A stretch of DNA of 64,000 bases from Harriotta raleighana (Eukaryota): contig JBNZDD010013698.1 of the NCBI GenBank assembly GCA_050575255.1, forward strand, positions 3,497,280-3,561,279. The letters run 5' to 3'. Shown one piece after another: positions 51,214-64,000 of this stretch. Numbering within the stretch: the first letter of the stretch is position 1; each line of letters opens with the position of its first letter. The position numbers were made by a program, and so were the translations under genes. A model generated the notes under the pieces. It searched no databases. It saw only the letters and a program-made list of their open reading frames with translations, and had not been told where the DNA came from.

Positions 51214-52133
51214 TAGTAAAAGCCCCTTTATCCGGCACCCACAGGACCTGGCCAATGTCAGTTAAACGGTTTTCCGGTTGAACTTCTTTTTTTTTAAATT
51301 AAAAATTACTTGAACACATACCATATTAATAATAGACTAAATAATAACAGGTAATAATAATATTGTATGGGTATTTTATTATAGATGTTGTATACTGTAC
51401 CATATAAATAATAGAGTAAATACAGATACTGCAGATACTGTAATAATAGTTATAACAGTAATAACTGTAATAACAGAATATTGTATGGCTACTTTATTGT
51501 AAATCTTGTACACTACTATATAAATAATAGACTAATAACAGATACTATAATAATAGAATATTATATTGGTACTTTGCAATGGCAGCACCCACGGGGGAAA
51601 ACAAAACAAAGTCAAAAANTGGCTACTTTATTGTAAATCTTGTACACTACTACATAAATAATAGACTAATAACAGATACTATAATAATAGAATATTAGAT
51701 TGGTACTTTGCAATGGCAGCACCCACGGGGGAAAACAAAACGGTAGNAACAGTAATAACTGTAATAACAGAATATTGTATGGCTACTTTATTGTAAATCT
51801 TGTACACTACTATATAAATAATAGACTAATAACAGATACTATAATAATAGAATATTATATTGGTACTTTGCAATGGCAGCACCCACGGGGGAAAACAAAA
51901 CAAAGTCAAAAACACGACTTTTAAAAAAAAACGGCAGTAGCATGACTTTAGGCTCGACTACTGGCCAGCCAATATATCTGCACAGTACTCGCGTATGACA
52001 ATCGATTCATTAACTGCGTCATCGCTATTCTGCCAGATAACTTCTAGTTTATCGAATAAGGACTTTTATTTTTGAGGTGCCGGTTCAACGGGTTTTCTGG
52101 TTCATTGAGTCACGGATAAACGGGCTTTTACTG
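51214..52133 (-). mobile_element. Tigger-like MITE, copy 4 (interior inflated by assembly duplications)
   Basis: agtaaaagcccctttatccgg ... cggataaacgggcttttactg|TA; internal AT-rich block matches copy 3 in reverse. Confidence 0.85.
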
Positions 52134-52217
52134 TATACATCGATGACCTGGTTCCCGCCTTTTTGGAGATGGTCCGGGCGGGCGGCAAAGACAGGGAGCG
52201 GTGGCTGGACAGTCATT

Positions 52218-52590
52218 AATTGTTGTTGTTGTGTTTTCTATTGTTGTTGTTGTGTTTGTTTATTATTGTTGATTGTTATTTACTTTTTTGTTTATTATTG
52301 TTGATGTTGTTTGTTGTTGTTTAAACTCCCCCTGCCCCTTGATTTTTCCCCCTTTTTATTCTTCTCCTTCCCTCTCTCTTTCCTCCCTCTTCCCCCTTAC
52401 CCCCCTTTCTCCCTGGTTTTGCCTCCTACCCACCCTTCCCTTCCTCTTCCCACTTACCAACATTTCTCCCTCTTTGCCCTCCCTGATTTCCCCCTTGTCC
52501 CCCTTTCTCCCCCCCCTTTCTTCCCTGATTTTACCCCACCCCGCTTTTCCCTCCATTTCTCCCCCTAGCCATTTTTTCCCCCATTTCTGT
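52218..52590. repeat. (TTG)n-like tract followed by a polypyrimidine low-complexity tract
   Basis: Directly visible; source of the low-complexity ORFs at 52273-52731. Confidence 0.9.
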
Positions 52591-52594
52591 GTGT

Positions 52595-52765
52595 GTTTGT
52601 GGGACACTGCTGTGCGCAATTTGGCTGCCGCGTTTCGCCCACAAATATACAGTCAATTTTTCCTACTCCTTTTCCTGAGCCCTCCCCCCCTACTTGGCTG
52701 TATAGCGCTTTGGGACGTCCTCCCGACGTGAAAGGCGCTATATAAATAAAATTTTGATTGATTTC
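52595..52765 (+). mobile_element. Well-preserved SINE 3' end ((gatt) tail)
   Basis: gtgggacactgctgtgcgcaatttggctgccgcgtttcgcccacaaatatacagtc...gggacgtcctcccgacgtgaaaggcgctatataaat, with CpGs retained. Confidence 0.85.
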
Positions 52766-54513
52766 ACCTACAAAATACACTTTACTGTGGAGCTCCTGTA
52801 TAAAGATTATCATTATATTTTTTTAAATATGCAATGTACATGTGCACATTCCAGCTGGTGCACTGTACATGTGTACACTGTTGCACAAAGCTATTCGGGT
52901 GCCAACATAGCAGCTGAGTTTACATGAAGACCATTCCAGCTCTTCATCGGTCAACAACAACAGCAACTTGCATGTATTTAACACCCTTCACTCCAGACAC
53001 TGTCTCAGAGCGTTTGAACCAGATTATAAAGTCTGAGGATTTTACAACTTGTAACCTTGGAAACATTGGGGGCTTAATTCTCTACTTTTATATATTTTGA
53101 TATTTCTCATTGTCTCCATTAACAAAGGCAAGAATTAAAATAGTCATGGGGGCTGGGGGAGGGTCGATTTGATAAGCCACCTTTCACATCAGGAGGCCAT
53201 CAGAAAGCGTTTCACAGGATTTATTGTAAAGTGTACTGACCATATTTTGTATGTGCGCGCAGCAGTCAATTTGTGCACAGCAACGTCCTACTAACAGCCA
53301 TATTCTCATTATAACGGCCTTGCTGCTTTCATCTCTAACCCGGTCTGCTCAACATAAATCCTGGTTATTTTTGCAGGAAACAATCACTGTGTGTTTTTCA
53401 GACTCATTATCGTGACAAAAATCAAACATCAGCTTTTTTTCAATTAGAGAAATCTTAACCAAATTGCAAACAAAAATGAGCAAAGGCTATCAGTCCAGAC
53501 ATGCTCCCTGCACTTTCAGTGAAATGACAATAGAATATCCTCTAAACAAAGGATGCACAATTCTCCTCAAAGCCAGTTCAACACAAACAAAGTCTTACAC
53601 CACGGTAAAGATACCAGATTTTGTGCAACATCAACTGCAGCAGAGTTGCACTTGCACAGAGCAAAGCCTAAACCAAATTAAAGGTATTACGGTGGATTTT
53701 ATATTTTTTGCTCTTTTTAAAAAAAAATTCTCTTTAACAAATTCTAACTGAATTGTGAATTGACCTCCTCTTCTCAGAGGCTGTGCACATCTGTATTGAT
53801 TATTTTCTCTCTGGAGCTCATTGAATACTGATGCCTTTCTGGTTGTATCCTTAAACCATGAGGTTTTCTATGCTACTGCAATGATCTATTTAAAAAAGAA
53901 AAACAGATAAACAGTAATATTCATTTTAATTGTATTTATCAAAAGTAGAAAGGATCTGTGTGTAAATATATAGAGCATTGAACTGGATATAAACAAATTC
54001 TGGAGACTACCTCATTTACTAAGGTTTCTACCAGCTTTTTGCTGCAAATGTGTTCCTTCTAATCAGATAGGGAAAGTGAATAATGGTTCATGCAGCAAAA
54101 GGGCAGTTACATTTGAGCTATTGAGAGGGAACTCAGGCTTTACATGTAGAAGCTTCAATAATGTATTGCTAATAATACTACAGTAGTATAATAATCTTTG
54201 CGTTTTATACAGCGCTTTATCACATTGAGATATCGCAAAGTGCTTCACAGGATAAACTGTAAGTGGAAATACCTGCATGTGGCAATTTGAAAATATCAGC
54301 TGTGGTTTGCTGACGCTTTGTCCTTAATTGATGCCTCCATTCCTCCATCTCTTCCCTTCTATATTTATTTTTAAATCTCACCAATGATCACCTACCCTGC
54401 CATCCTTGCTCAGCGTCCAAACCTGTCACAGTGTAGCACTCCAAGATACTTTGCTGCGTGAAGGGCACTATAGAAATGCAAGGTGTTGTTGATATCCTAT
54501 TCACTGGCATGAC

Positions 54514-54808
54514 TAATAATAATAATAATCCTTGCATTTGACACAGCATTTTTCACGTGTTCCTGCGTTGCAAAGCACTTCACAGAATATACTATAAAGT
54601 GAACTGACTGTACATTTGTGGGGAGAAACACAGCAGCCAATTGTGCACAGCGTGTCCTACAAACAGTTGTGGATTGAAATTACTCATTTATTATTTTTTG
54701 AGGGATTATTGTTAGGTGAGTGGAGTAAGGAAATTTTTCCCAAGTTTTTGCCCTGCCTGGAATCGGGTCTCTAGGCGAGTGCTCTAACCACTGAGCTACA
54801 GTGACTCC
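54514..54808 (-). mobile_element. Full-length tRNA SINE
   Basis: (taa)n tail through to gcgagtgctctaaccactgagctacag head. Confidence 0.9.
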
Positions 54809-55834
54809 ACAAAATAAAGCTACATATGTACGCAGCACCCACATTCAGCACCCACATACATGGTAAATGAATAAATCAAGTGCCAGTTTTTATGTGTGAA
54901 ACCCACTGCCAATGTCACTCATTTGAAATCTGCAGGAAATCAATGAAGGACCAGATTATATCGCTATCACATGCATAGCAATAGACTTCCCTCTCATGAG
55001 AACCATGCTGATTTCAAAATGAGGAAAGGCTTCCAGCAAATATATGTGCAGTCAGTGCTCTCAAGCAGCTGCTGCACATTATTGTGGCAGCGAGAAGTAG
55101 TCCTGCATCATGATAGATATACACTCACTTTACCCAACTAGGCCGAGGACTGTAAAACAGACAGAATTACCACAGCACTTTCCATTACTTGTGCTAACAT
55201 TAATTGTTTTAATCTCAATTACCAAAGGTCAATTTTCCTCAGAGCCAGTTTACCCCAAACACTCAGCAGTCTGAGAAAATATAGTTATTACATGATTGAA
55301 ACAGAATATACAGATGTGCAATATGAGCCCTTCCAGTACTTTGTTTCTGTAATAGTATATTGTTCATATTTCACAGATAAAATCATTAATGTGGAAGTAC
55401 AAACTATCCCAATGAAAATCAAACACTTGGAATACTATATTAAGTGGGGAAGGAAAAGGCAGGGGCATTGCTGCTCAATAAACCCAGGACTATCCATCGT
55501 CTTGGTCTGTCCTCTCAAAGAGAAAGACCCTATATGATGTTTATAGGCGCTGTCAATGTAAATTTGTTGTTTAAAGTATTAGCCTCGCAACAGAAATAAA
55601 TACGTTTTACCTTTTGTGAGAAACCTTTGTGTTTCAAAGCTTGCACTTGTCTTCCCAACCACTGGGTGATCTCACTAACAAGGGGTGATTCCATTCACTT
55701 TCACAGAACTGGGAGCCAAATGAGAAACACACAACTCTCGGAAAGCATGCTATTGGTAAGTATGTAATCCAGTCACCCCGTGGTTGGGGGGAAGTCAGTG
55801 ACTGCAGGACATATGATAATCAGAAAGAGCAAAA

Positions 55835-56085
55835 GGAGAGGTTAGGAGAATCTTTTTCCACAGAAAATTACTGAGATGTGGAAAATCCTGCCAAGTAAGA
55901 TGGTACAGGCCTTATCTAGTGGGAGTTTCAGGAGGAAAGTAGACAGGTATATGGAAGATGGAGGCTTGCAGAGATGCGGGTATAGGGTTGGGCCGTGGCA
56001 TTGAATGGGTATCTTGCTCTGATAGCCAGCGAAGGCTTGATGAGCCAAATGGCTTTTTTCCATGCTGCAAATTGCTATGATGCTA
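55835..56085 (+). mobile_element. Old CR1 3' end
   Basis: gttaggagaatctttttccacag...atgtggaaaatcctgcc...ttgatgagccaaatggc...ctatgatgctat. Confidence 0.7.
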
Positions 56086-56129
56086 TAAATTCTCGAGGAA
56101 CCCAATAGCAGCAAACAAATGTTCTTAAT

Positions 56130-56551
56130 ACACATATCCAGCACCCATCCAACAGAACGTTCAACCAACCGGCACCTCCCAATACAATTCCCCATTCAAG
56201 CAACCGGAACCATCTGACACACTCTCAGTAGCGCATTTAGTGAGTCAGTTGTCTCATGAGAGTACAGTACGAGCTGTTCTGAAGCTGCCGGTTGTGGCTT
56301 AAAGTGGCACTGTTGGTTTTCCCTCTTAAAGTGGCACTTTGCGTGCTGGGTTGATAGACTATAATTGATATTTATTGCTTTATTGGTAAGTATCCTTACA
56401 GTATTATTTAGTCTATTATTAATATGGTATGTTTAGAAAAAAGTTTTGTTTTTGTGTTGGATTTTTGGCAACTTGCCTCCTGAATATCCGGCACATTCAA
56501 CTAACCGCAAAGGGCAGGTCCCGAGGTTGCCGGATAGGCGGGCTTTTACTG
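56130..56551 (+). mobile_element. Partial Tigger-like MITE (right TIR intact)
   Basis: ...caggtcccgaggttgccggataggcgggcttttactg|TA; internal ttatttagtctattattaatatggtatg shared with copies 1, 3 and 4. Confidence 0.7.
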
Positions 56552-57699
56552 TATTAGATTACTTATGTGGATTTGCCAAATGTGAAGGAAGTGTTGAATT
56601 CTCATGAGACTTACTACACCTACTGGGACATGCATTGGGATACGGGATGCAGAAAATGGCATAATTATTTGCTATGATGAACAAAGAATATTCAGAATGC
56701 ATCATAACACTGATGTGTCCTGGATTGCTGGGACGTTCTGGCTTGTTAAAAAAAATGACTTTGTTCAACATGCAATTCTACCAGAAACACCCAAACTGTG
56801 TAGACAGGCCAGCAGAATATGGCTGTAAGGGCGCATAGATTTGGGAAACAGCATTTGGTCCTTTAAGTTCACTACTTCCATAGATTATTCTAAACCACTC
56901 ATCTATGATTATAAAGAAATGCACCATCATATGAAATTGATATGTTTTTATTTAAACTAATCAGGTAAACACAATCGTCCAGCCTGGCTCTGAGGTTTAG
57001 TACCAAAGGCAAGTTGTTGTTGTTCCACTCTCTGTATGCACTACCTATATCTGAATAGCTTGACTTAAGAGAACAGAGTAGTGGCCCCCCAAAATTATTC
57101 ACTGTACAAGAACAAGATTTTTCACTGTACAGAAATGAATAGAGGAAAAAAGAAAGTTGCAACTGTTCTAGGCGTAGAAGGGATACAATGAGTGGCACTA
57201 CAAAGATGGCCAGAAATTGTGGCAGAAAGTCTACAAAGAGCAAGTGTGAACAAAGAGTACATATGAAGGAGAGGAATGGTACCTTATAAACAACTGTAAG
57301 GCTGGTGCTGCGGTTAGAAAGTAACCTTTGCCAAAAACAGTCAAGGTTTATAAGATGGGTGGACAGGATTTGAATGGAAACTATGTTAGATTAGTACTGT
57401 GAAAATACTTTTTTCTATTTTGATCCAGGGAGAAGTGGCAGATGGATAATAGTAAGTTGATCAGGTGATGATTGGTGGGGACTGACCAAGTGCTTGGCAG
57501 AGAAATGGCAGCGTAAAAGTCGCCTCTTAGAAGACAAAAATCTCCTGGCATCTTCTAAAGGGGAGGCTATGTACTGATGATCATTGAGATTCTGACTCCG
57601 ACCTAAGAGCAACTCAGAACCCAGTGATATGGGGACAAGATGGGGTTCAAATGGGATTGGAAAAAGTAAGCCCAGAACAGTGGCTCTAGGATACAACAA

Positions 57700-57948
57700 G
57701 GGGACATTGGTTTGGAATTGCAAAGGGCAAATTCAGGTTAGACGTCACAAAGTTTTTCTTTACCTAGAGGGTAATTAACCACTGTAACAGGCTGCCAGGG
57801 ACGGTGGTTGAGGCCAGGAAACTGAACTAATTTTAAAAAACAGCTTGATGCTGTGATGGGTGGACTGTAGGATAGGTGTTCTACAAAGGTGAGATCAGAT
57901 GGGCTGCAATTCCGCTTCATCCAAACTAATCTTGTGATTTTGTGATGT
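57700..57948 (+). mobile_element. CR1 3' end (third tail type)
   Basis: gggacattgg...aaattcaggttagacgtc...tttttctttacctagagggtaatt (RGH..K..FRLD.R..FFT.RV), ttgtgattttgtgat tail; more degenerate CR1 remnants at about 57170-57400. Confidence 0.7.
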
Positions 57949-60009
57949 TAAATAAATGGGATTTCCAGAAGGACACACTTTATGTCCCAAAACACCCTTT
58001 TTCAGTATATTTCATGCTGCCGCTTTGCCAACAAGCACTTTTCCCAAAACCAATAACATTATTTTGTGCAATATAGCATCTTCAACTCATTTTTATAAAA
58101 ATCGGTCAAGTTCATTCAATAAAGTCCCAAGAGTCCTCATGACATTCTGTGGATTCCTTGGAGTGAGCAGTGAAGCCCATCAAGAACGTTTTCAGACATC
58201 TATACCGTTAAAAACAGATTGAGCCAGAATACAAAGATACTTAACACTGATATGTTTTGTTTACAAAAGCTCAATCCTAAACTGGCCCATTCTCAATAGA
58301 ACATGATGATACCAGAAAGAAACACTTCAAGCTGTAGCTACAAGGGGTTTAGACCCAGCAAACTCTTGAGAACATAAATTGTACAATTTGCCACTTTCAG
58401 TTTCCATTCATTTCAGTGACGTGAATTATAAAACCGAAAATTGCATTTGGATGTTAAACTGAGCAGAATCTATATTGTGCGCTGTCTTTACGTAGATTTC
58501 TCATCAGCGGTATATGGAATTAAGGCACAATCAAGCCACATATGCTTCCAATTTACATTTTCGGATTCCTCTTTGTGTTCTGATATAATAGTACAAGCTA
58601 AAGCAGTTATTTCACAGTGACCAAATTTTAATCTAGCTGGCTGGTATATTCTTTCTTGAAGAATTTGCATTGCCCAGTTTCAATATTGCTCACCCAGACC
58701 AAGATATAGTAAATGAGAGGTACAGAAAAGTTCATGTTTACTACATTCAAAATGGGGACTGCATGATGAAAGATGTCTGCTCCCTGAATGGCAAGATATT
58801 ACAAGAACTGCTGGGCAATTCCTTACCATTTGTGTACCTCACACTTCATTTAACCTCACCAAGATGATAGTTAAAACAAAAGTCAACAACCTGCATTAAT
58901 ATGGTGCCTTTCACCTAAACCAACACTCTACGGAATGACTTTAATTAGAAATTAAGTGAATTTTCTTAACGTAGGCAAATACAGCGGATGCTGAAATTTG
59001 TGCTCGCAATATACAGCAAATAATAAATGAGTCAAGTGCTGATTTGTTTGGGTTTTGGGGTGAATTTGGATGATAGAGCAGAATATAAAACAGCTAAAGC
59101 TGGAGCAAAATTATGTCTTTATTTGTAACACAGAAGGGGTCCCTCAACATCCACCTGAACTACAAAGCAGTCAGGATCTACATTAATGACTCAATTGAAA
59201 AGACACAATGATTTAATATAATTCAATATAAAATCACCTAAGAACACAATCTGCCGTGGCAAAAACTAGCCAACCCAATATAACAGATCCAGACCTGTCA
59301 GAAATTCTATCCTGTTGTGTATAATCCATACTGTCACTCTTGCGAGCTGTAGCTTTCTCATATTAAGCTCCAAAAAATAATTTTCTCTACTTTGTTTTAC
59401 ATCTTCATAACAAAATCCAGGGGACAAGGTAGAAAAATATTTTCAATCGTAGAAACAAAAATAAAAGAATAAAAAGATGTTTTCGACGTGGAAACAATTT
59501 TCATCTTTGATATCATATTTATGATGGGACAAAGCTCTCAAGATGCTATTTCTGCTGCTTGGTTTTGTGCTGCACCTCACAATGTAGCCCTAATGCATGC
59601 GATGCAGCAGATGGAGCACATGAGTGAAGAAACTGAACTAAACATTATTGGAATAAGGCATTGTCTCAGTCCATCCCTTTCCCCGTTCAAGTTTGAGGAC
59701 AAAGCTAATGACATTGGCCTCTGGACCCCTCCGTTATGCAGCCGTGATGTACACAGCTGACAGTTATTCAGAACTGCTTAACCCCGTTGTCTCCAACATC
59801 TCCCCGCTAAGGCCAAGGCCAACAGCTGATTTCCAAACAGCTGCGTGACAATATGCTCCCGACCCCTGACCTCACCGGCTTTCCTCAGCAAATCATGGGG
59901 CAAAACGGAGTCCGTTGCCGTGGCAATAGAGCTGCCGGTCTGCAGTGCGCTGTGCAGATGTCACACAAATAATGTTGGAGGCCACAATACGAGAGCGGCA
60001 GAATGCCCA

Positions 60010-60023
60010 CCACCAGGGGGAGC
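60010..60023 (+). promoter_or_regulatory. CTCF-like motif
   Basis: CCACCAGGGGGAGC is a 13/14 match to the core consensus CCACCAGGGGGCGC, in non-repeat, relatively CpG-rich DNA. Confidence 0.5.
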
Positions 60024-61839
60024 TTTAGCACAGTTTCACACTGGCCCCCACTTATTGCACCCAGTCAGCTCCACAGCCTCAGTGTATTTGCGAGCAGTCT
60101 GATGTGCAGCTCACTGAATATACATTTTCAATTAAAATAATTTGTCATGAACTTTCCAGCTCATATTCAGTCGCTCAAGAATGTTGAAATTCCGTGCATA
60201 AAACGCACTCATAGAGCGCAAACTGATGTGCTTCATGTTTGAACATTATATCCTTTGTCAGCGAGCTGCAAAAATTACTTGGTGTAATTAATTGTGCCTC
60301 GGTGATTCACCCAGAAGAATGATAACAATTTATATTTATAATGTGCTCTTTACACAGGTTACCATTTCATTTGGGTTGGATGCCAAGCAAGAAAGAAGGG
60401 GAAAGAAGATGGTGACCATAGGCGTGGTTGAGGAGGGAACAATGCTATACAGTATCTCAAAGATTGTTTAGTTGCTGTAACATCTCAGACCCAGGTGAGA
60501 TTTCTTTTCCCAAGATCTCTTTTATGATGGCTCAGATACAGGGGAATGTATCTGCTTTACCAGTTACATATTATGCCACTGCCCCATTGCTTCCAAACTC
60601 CTAGCCTTAACTATAAACACAACCTAGTGATTCTGTTCAGCATTCAGTACATTCTAATAGTGCCAGCTAAGTTTGGAACAAGAAGCAGAACTCTTCTGCA
60701 CCGTGTGAAAAAGAGGCATTTTACTGTGAAGTAATAAACAGTGTTTCATCTCTCTCCCCTCGTATCTCTTTGTGCATGCTTCCGGTCATCTCATTACCAC
60801 CCCTCCAACCCCCTCCCAACGCCCACCCTAAATTCAAGTGTTCATCCAGAACTGTGGAGTGCTTTCAGATGTCTGTCTGATGTGAAAGACGCTGTATAAA
60901 TATAAACCATATTACAGTGTATAGAGTAACTGAGGTAGGTATCCCACAGGGGTCTCCGTGATTCTCGTGTAATGAACAAATAGTGGGATCAAATGTAGGC
61001 TGATACGTAAAAGGATTTCTAAAGATACAGTAGTGTCTTACACATGCCAGGATACGTCTCATCCCACAATATCTTTGACTATACCGTGGTCTCAATCCCA
61101 ATTTCATCTATCTCAATCACAATCTTCCACCAAGTTCCTGGGACACTTATCCGCCTACCTTTCTACTTTTAGAAATTCGGTTTAGAAATCACCACATTTT
61201 AGAGCCTGGTTTTATGCAATCATAATTGTGAATTCTGTAATGTTCAATCACATCCTATCACGAGTGTTACTAAGTGGATCATGTGGAAAAGCCTCAAATC
61301 ACTTTGGGCAATCACACTGTCAGACAGAAGAATGGAGCAGTGTTAAAACCCAGAACAATTTTCCTAATTTTAGCCAGAAACATCCTGAATGTTCTTAATT
61401 TGTTATCAACACCTTCAGTGCCAGATCTGTACCTAAAGAATGTAATTTACACTGGGTTTATATTTTGACTCGTGATTTTATTTAAGCTTCTCAAATACGA
61501 ACTTCTTTGATAAACAAAAAGTTCTACGAAACAGATTTTCTGCACATTTCTGGAGCAATTGTTCAAAAAAAGGCAGGAGCTAAAACATGAAGTAATGAGG
61601 GTGATTTGACTACCTGGACTGCGCTAAAGAATGAAGGAAGATGAATTGAGTCTTTCGATGTGGCAGCTCCCTCAGCTGTCTCCTACAGTGAAGGTGCAAA
61701 CCACTGGTTATGATCAGGTGCAATTTCAGTTGCTCTTTCAGATACTGTAGGCAAGCTGTAACAGCAGCCCACAACTCTTCGCAAACACTCTACAAGCACA
61801 CGGTCACCATATTGTAGTATATGAACCAAACTTCGCTCC

Positions 61840-62255
61840 CCGATTACCCCAGTCTTTGCCAAACTTCACTGGCTTCCTGTCTCAGAGTGGATCGATATCA
61901 AGGTCCACATTCTTGTTTTCAAATCCCTCTATTCCTCTGCACCCCTATACCTCTCTGACCTCCTCTCTCCTCACAACAGTACTAGTTGCCTTCGCTCTAT
62001 TGGATGTGCCCTCCTCCTTGTCCCCCGTACCCTCTGTTCCACTGTCGGCGAACGTGCCTCCAGCGACTGCGCCCTGAGGCTCTGAAATTCCCTCCCTCAG
62101 CCTTACCCCCTCCTTTCCTATTTTCAAGTCACACCTGAAGACTTTTCTTTTCAACCACGCCTTTGTTCACCTTTTTCCGCCTCTCTCTGGCTAAGCCCCA
62201 TTATCCGCTTTGTGAAGTGCTCTGAGATGCTGTCTGGCCTGGAGGGCCAGTTGTT
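61840..62255 (+). mobile_element. L2 3' end
   Basis: PVFAKLHWLPVSEWIDIKVHILVFKS...; ttgtgaagtgctctgagatgc tail. Confidence 0.85.
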
Positions 62256-62311
62256 ATTATATATCCTGTGAAGTGTTTTGTTATATATCCTCCGAATATG
62301 AAAGGCTCCAT

Positions 62312-62730
62312 ACAACAACAACTTCGATTTATATAGCGCCCTCCACGCCGGATGGCATCTCAGAGCGCTTCACAATAGAGGATCCCGGAACCGAGCCAGG
62401 GATCGGGGTAGAAAGGTGACCAAAAGCGCGGTTAAAGAGAAAGGTTTGCAGCTGGGACCTGAAGCTGGGAAAAGAGGGGTCTAGGCTAAGGGAGTGAGGA
62501 AGGGAATTCCAGAGCTTTGGGGCAGAGTGGCTGAAGGCACGCCCGCCGAGGGTGGAGTGGAGGATTCGGGGGACATGGAGGAGGCCAGATCCGGTGGAGC
62601 GAAGTCAACGGGTGCTGGTTTGAGGAGAGAGGTCAGAGAGGTAGGGGGTTGCAGAGGGGTGGAGGGATTTGAAGACAAGGGTGAGGATCTTGAAATCGAT
62701 CCTCTCTGGGATAGGGAGCCAGTGAAGTCA
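62312..62730 (-). mobile_element. L2 3' end, tail-to-tail with the previous copy
   Basis: (caa)n-cttcgatttatatagcgccctcc tail; minus strand HWLPIPERIDFKILTLVFKSL. Confidence 0.88.
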
Positions 62731-64000
62731 AATGCAAGGATTATTATTGTCATCATTAAACAATGAAGAGAGGATTTAATCACATACTGATAAACATTGC
62801 AATGCCTTATTGAAGTATGTATTATCAGTCCTGCATATTTGCCATCAAGTCAGAATTCACCCATCCCTAAGGTTAATGTAAAACAAGAAGAATCCTATAT
62901 ATGCCCGTTCAGAATCCTATATTTTCAGAATTGTAATTGTACTTGAGTCAAAGGATTTTTGGACTAACCCTTCCCCCCGTCCCCACACACTCCACACTGA
63001 GAAAAAATGCTGTCTTGTTTAATTTTCAATTTGCTGCAGACATGCTGCTGCAGTGCTCAGGGGTTCACAGAGCTATAGTAGTCTGTGACGCATATTTCAC
63101 CACAGTGCATTTCTGACTGGGAGGTATAATGGGAGGTATAATGGACAATACCAGTGCAGAATGTGCAAGTGCTCTTTAGAGATTCATAACAACAACACAA
63201 AGGTAACAAACAAAATACAGCCCCTCACTTAGGATTGAGCAAGCCTGCTGAATGGAGGGAGCGGACAGATTGACAGGGGGTCAGCAGATTCAGAGAGGTA
63301 GGAGGGTTTAACCAGGACACACAAAACATACAAAGCCATGTTGGAACAAAAATCAAAAAGATCAGTCACTAATTTTATAATTTGCTGATGAGCTCAAAGT
63401 GTTTATCATGCTTTCTGCTATGTAGCACACGTAATAAATAAAGAGGAAATATTATTTCTGATCGACTAAGAAAGAACCCACACTTGTGAAGTCGGTATCA
63501 TCACCTGTGATGGTATTGCATGCTATCTGAGTGAACAAGCTTCCAAATGCAGCAAAAGGCGACACTTAACAGTTGTTTCCTGTTTTATTGGCAACAGTAT
63601 GTGCTCTTTGACTGTTAGCCGAGGTTGAGGAAGGGTGCAGAGAATGGGGGGCAATAGCAAATGGCAGAGTCTAAATTCAAATAGAAAAGTGCATTGAAGA
63701 AGTTCAAATCAGGCTTGGAAATTGGAGACTTCTGTGGTTCAAATGTTATTCGCAAAATTGTGCTGGGATCGGTAAAGGTCCTGTAGATGTAAATGTTCTG
63801 TAAATGTTATTTTATATGATGCGTTGTAAATATAGAAATTCTGCTCTGCAGTATTAATGTGCCATATTTTACTGACACTTTCAGGCTTTGGCAGCATCAG
63901 CATCCATGGGTGCACATTCCACCTCACCAAACCTGTCAGGAACCTGGGCGTCTTGTTTGACCTTCAACTGTTCTTTTTCTCCCCTTGCCCCCTCCTATCT

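Larger units (their letters stand above)
11699..64000 (-). other. MSRA: Probable last intron of MSRA (>52 kb, continues beyond the window)
   Basis: I found no match by eye to the preceding MSRA exon (GMRQGND.GTQYRSAIY...) upstream of the terminal exon. Vertebrate MSRA is known to have very long introns. This is an inference from absence. Confidence 0.6.

Noticed and set aside
51450-51915. Three ~130-bp tandem copies resembling a repeat array
   Set aside because: Copies are separated by single Ns (51619, 51747) and have no spacers. This is assembly redundancy, not CRISPR or satellite DNA.
60865-61107. Minus ORF containing YQP...HENHGDP, superficially like MSRA VYQP...WENHDP
   Set aside because: Spacing is wrong, the intervening residues do not match, there are no fitting splice sites, and the exon that should lie between it and the last exon is absent.
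1-64000. miR-124 or other recognisable ncRNA, CRISPR or prokaryotic defence system
   Set aside because: No such sequence was recognised by eye and the window is vertebrate intronic/intergenic DNA. An Rfam scan would be needed to exclude small ncRNAs formally.

Overview
AT-rich, repeat-dense vertebrate genomic DNA. The repeat set (tRNA-headed DeuSINEs of SacSINE1 type, CR1 and L2 LINE 3' ends, Penelope-like GIY-YIG elements, TA-targeting Tigger-like MITEs) points to a cartilaginous fish, probably a shark or chimaera; this is inferred, not proven. Nearly all ORFs in the supplied track are spurious or are LINE/Penelope remnants. The one host coding exon I can identify is missing from the ORF track: the terminal exon of methionine sulfoxide reductase A (MSRA) on the minus strand at 11698-11540. 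It reads [51 protein letters not shown] and carries an in-frame TAG where the highly conserved HQQY motif has Gln. No upstream MSRA exon was found, so 11.7-64 kb is probably one large MSRA intron. That region holds nested transposon insertions, repeat-poor motif-rich blocks that may be conserved enhancers, a CTCF-like site and a candidate recursive-splice exon. Several single-N duplications and one 160-N gap indicate a short-read draft assembly. No rRNA, true tRNA, CRISPR array or prokaryotic system is present. Repeat boundaries were read by eye and are approximate.
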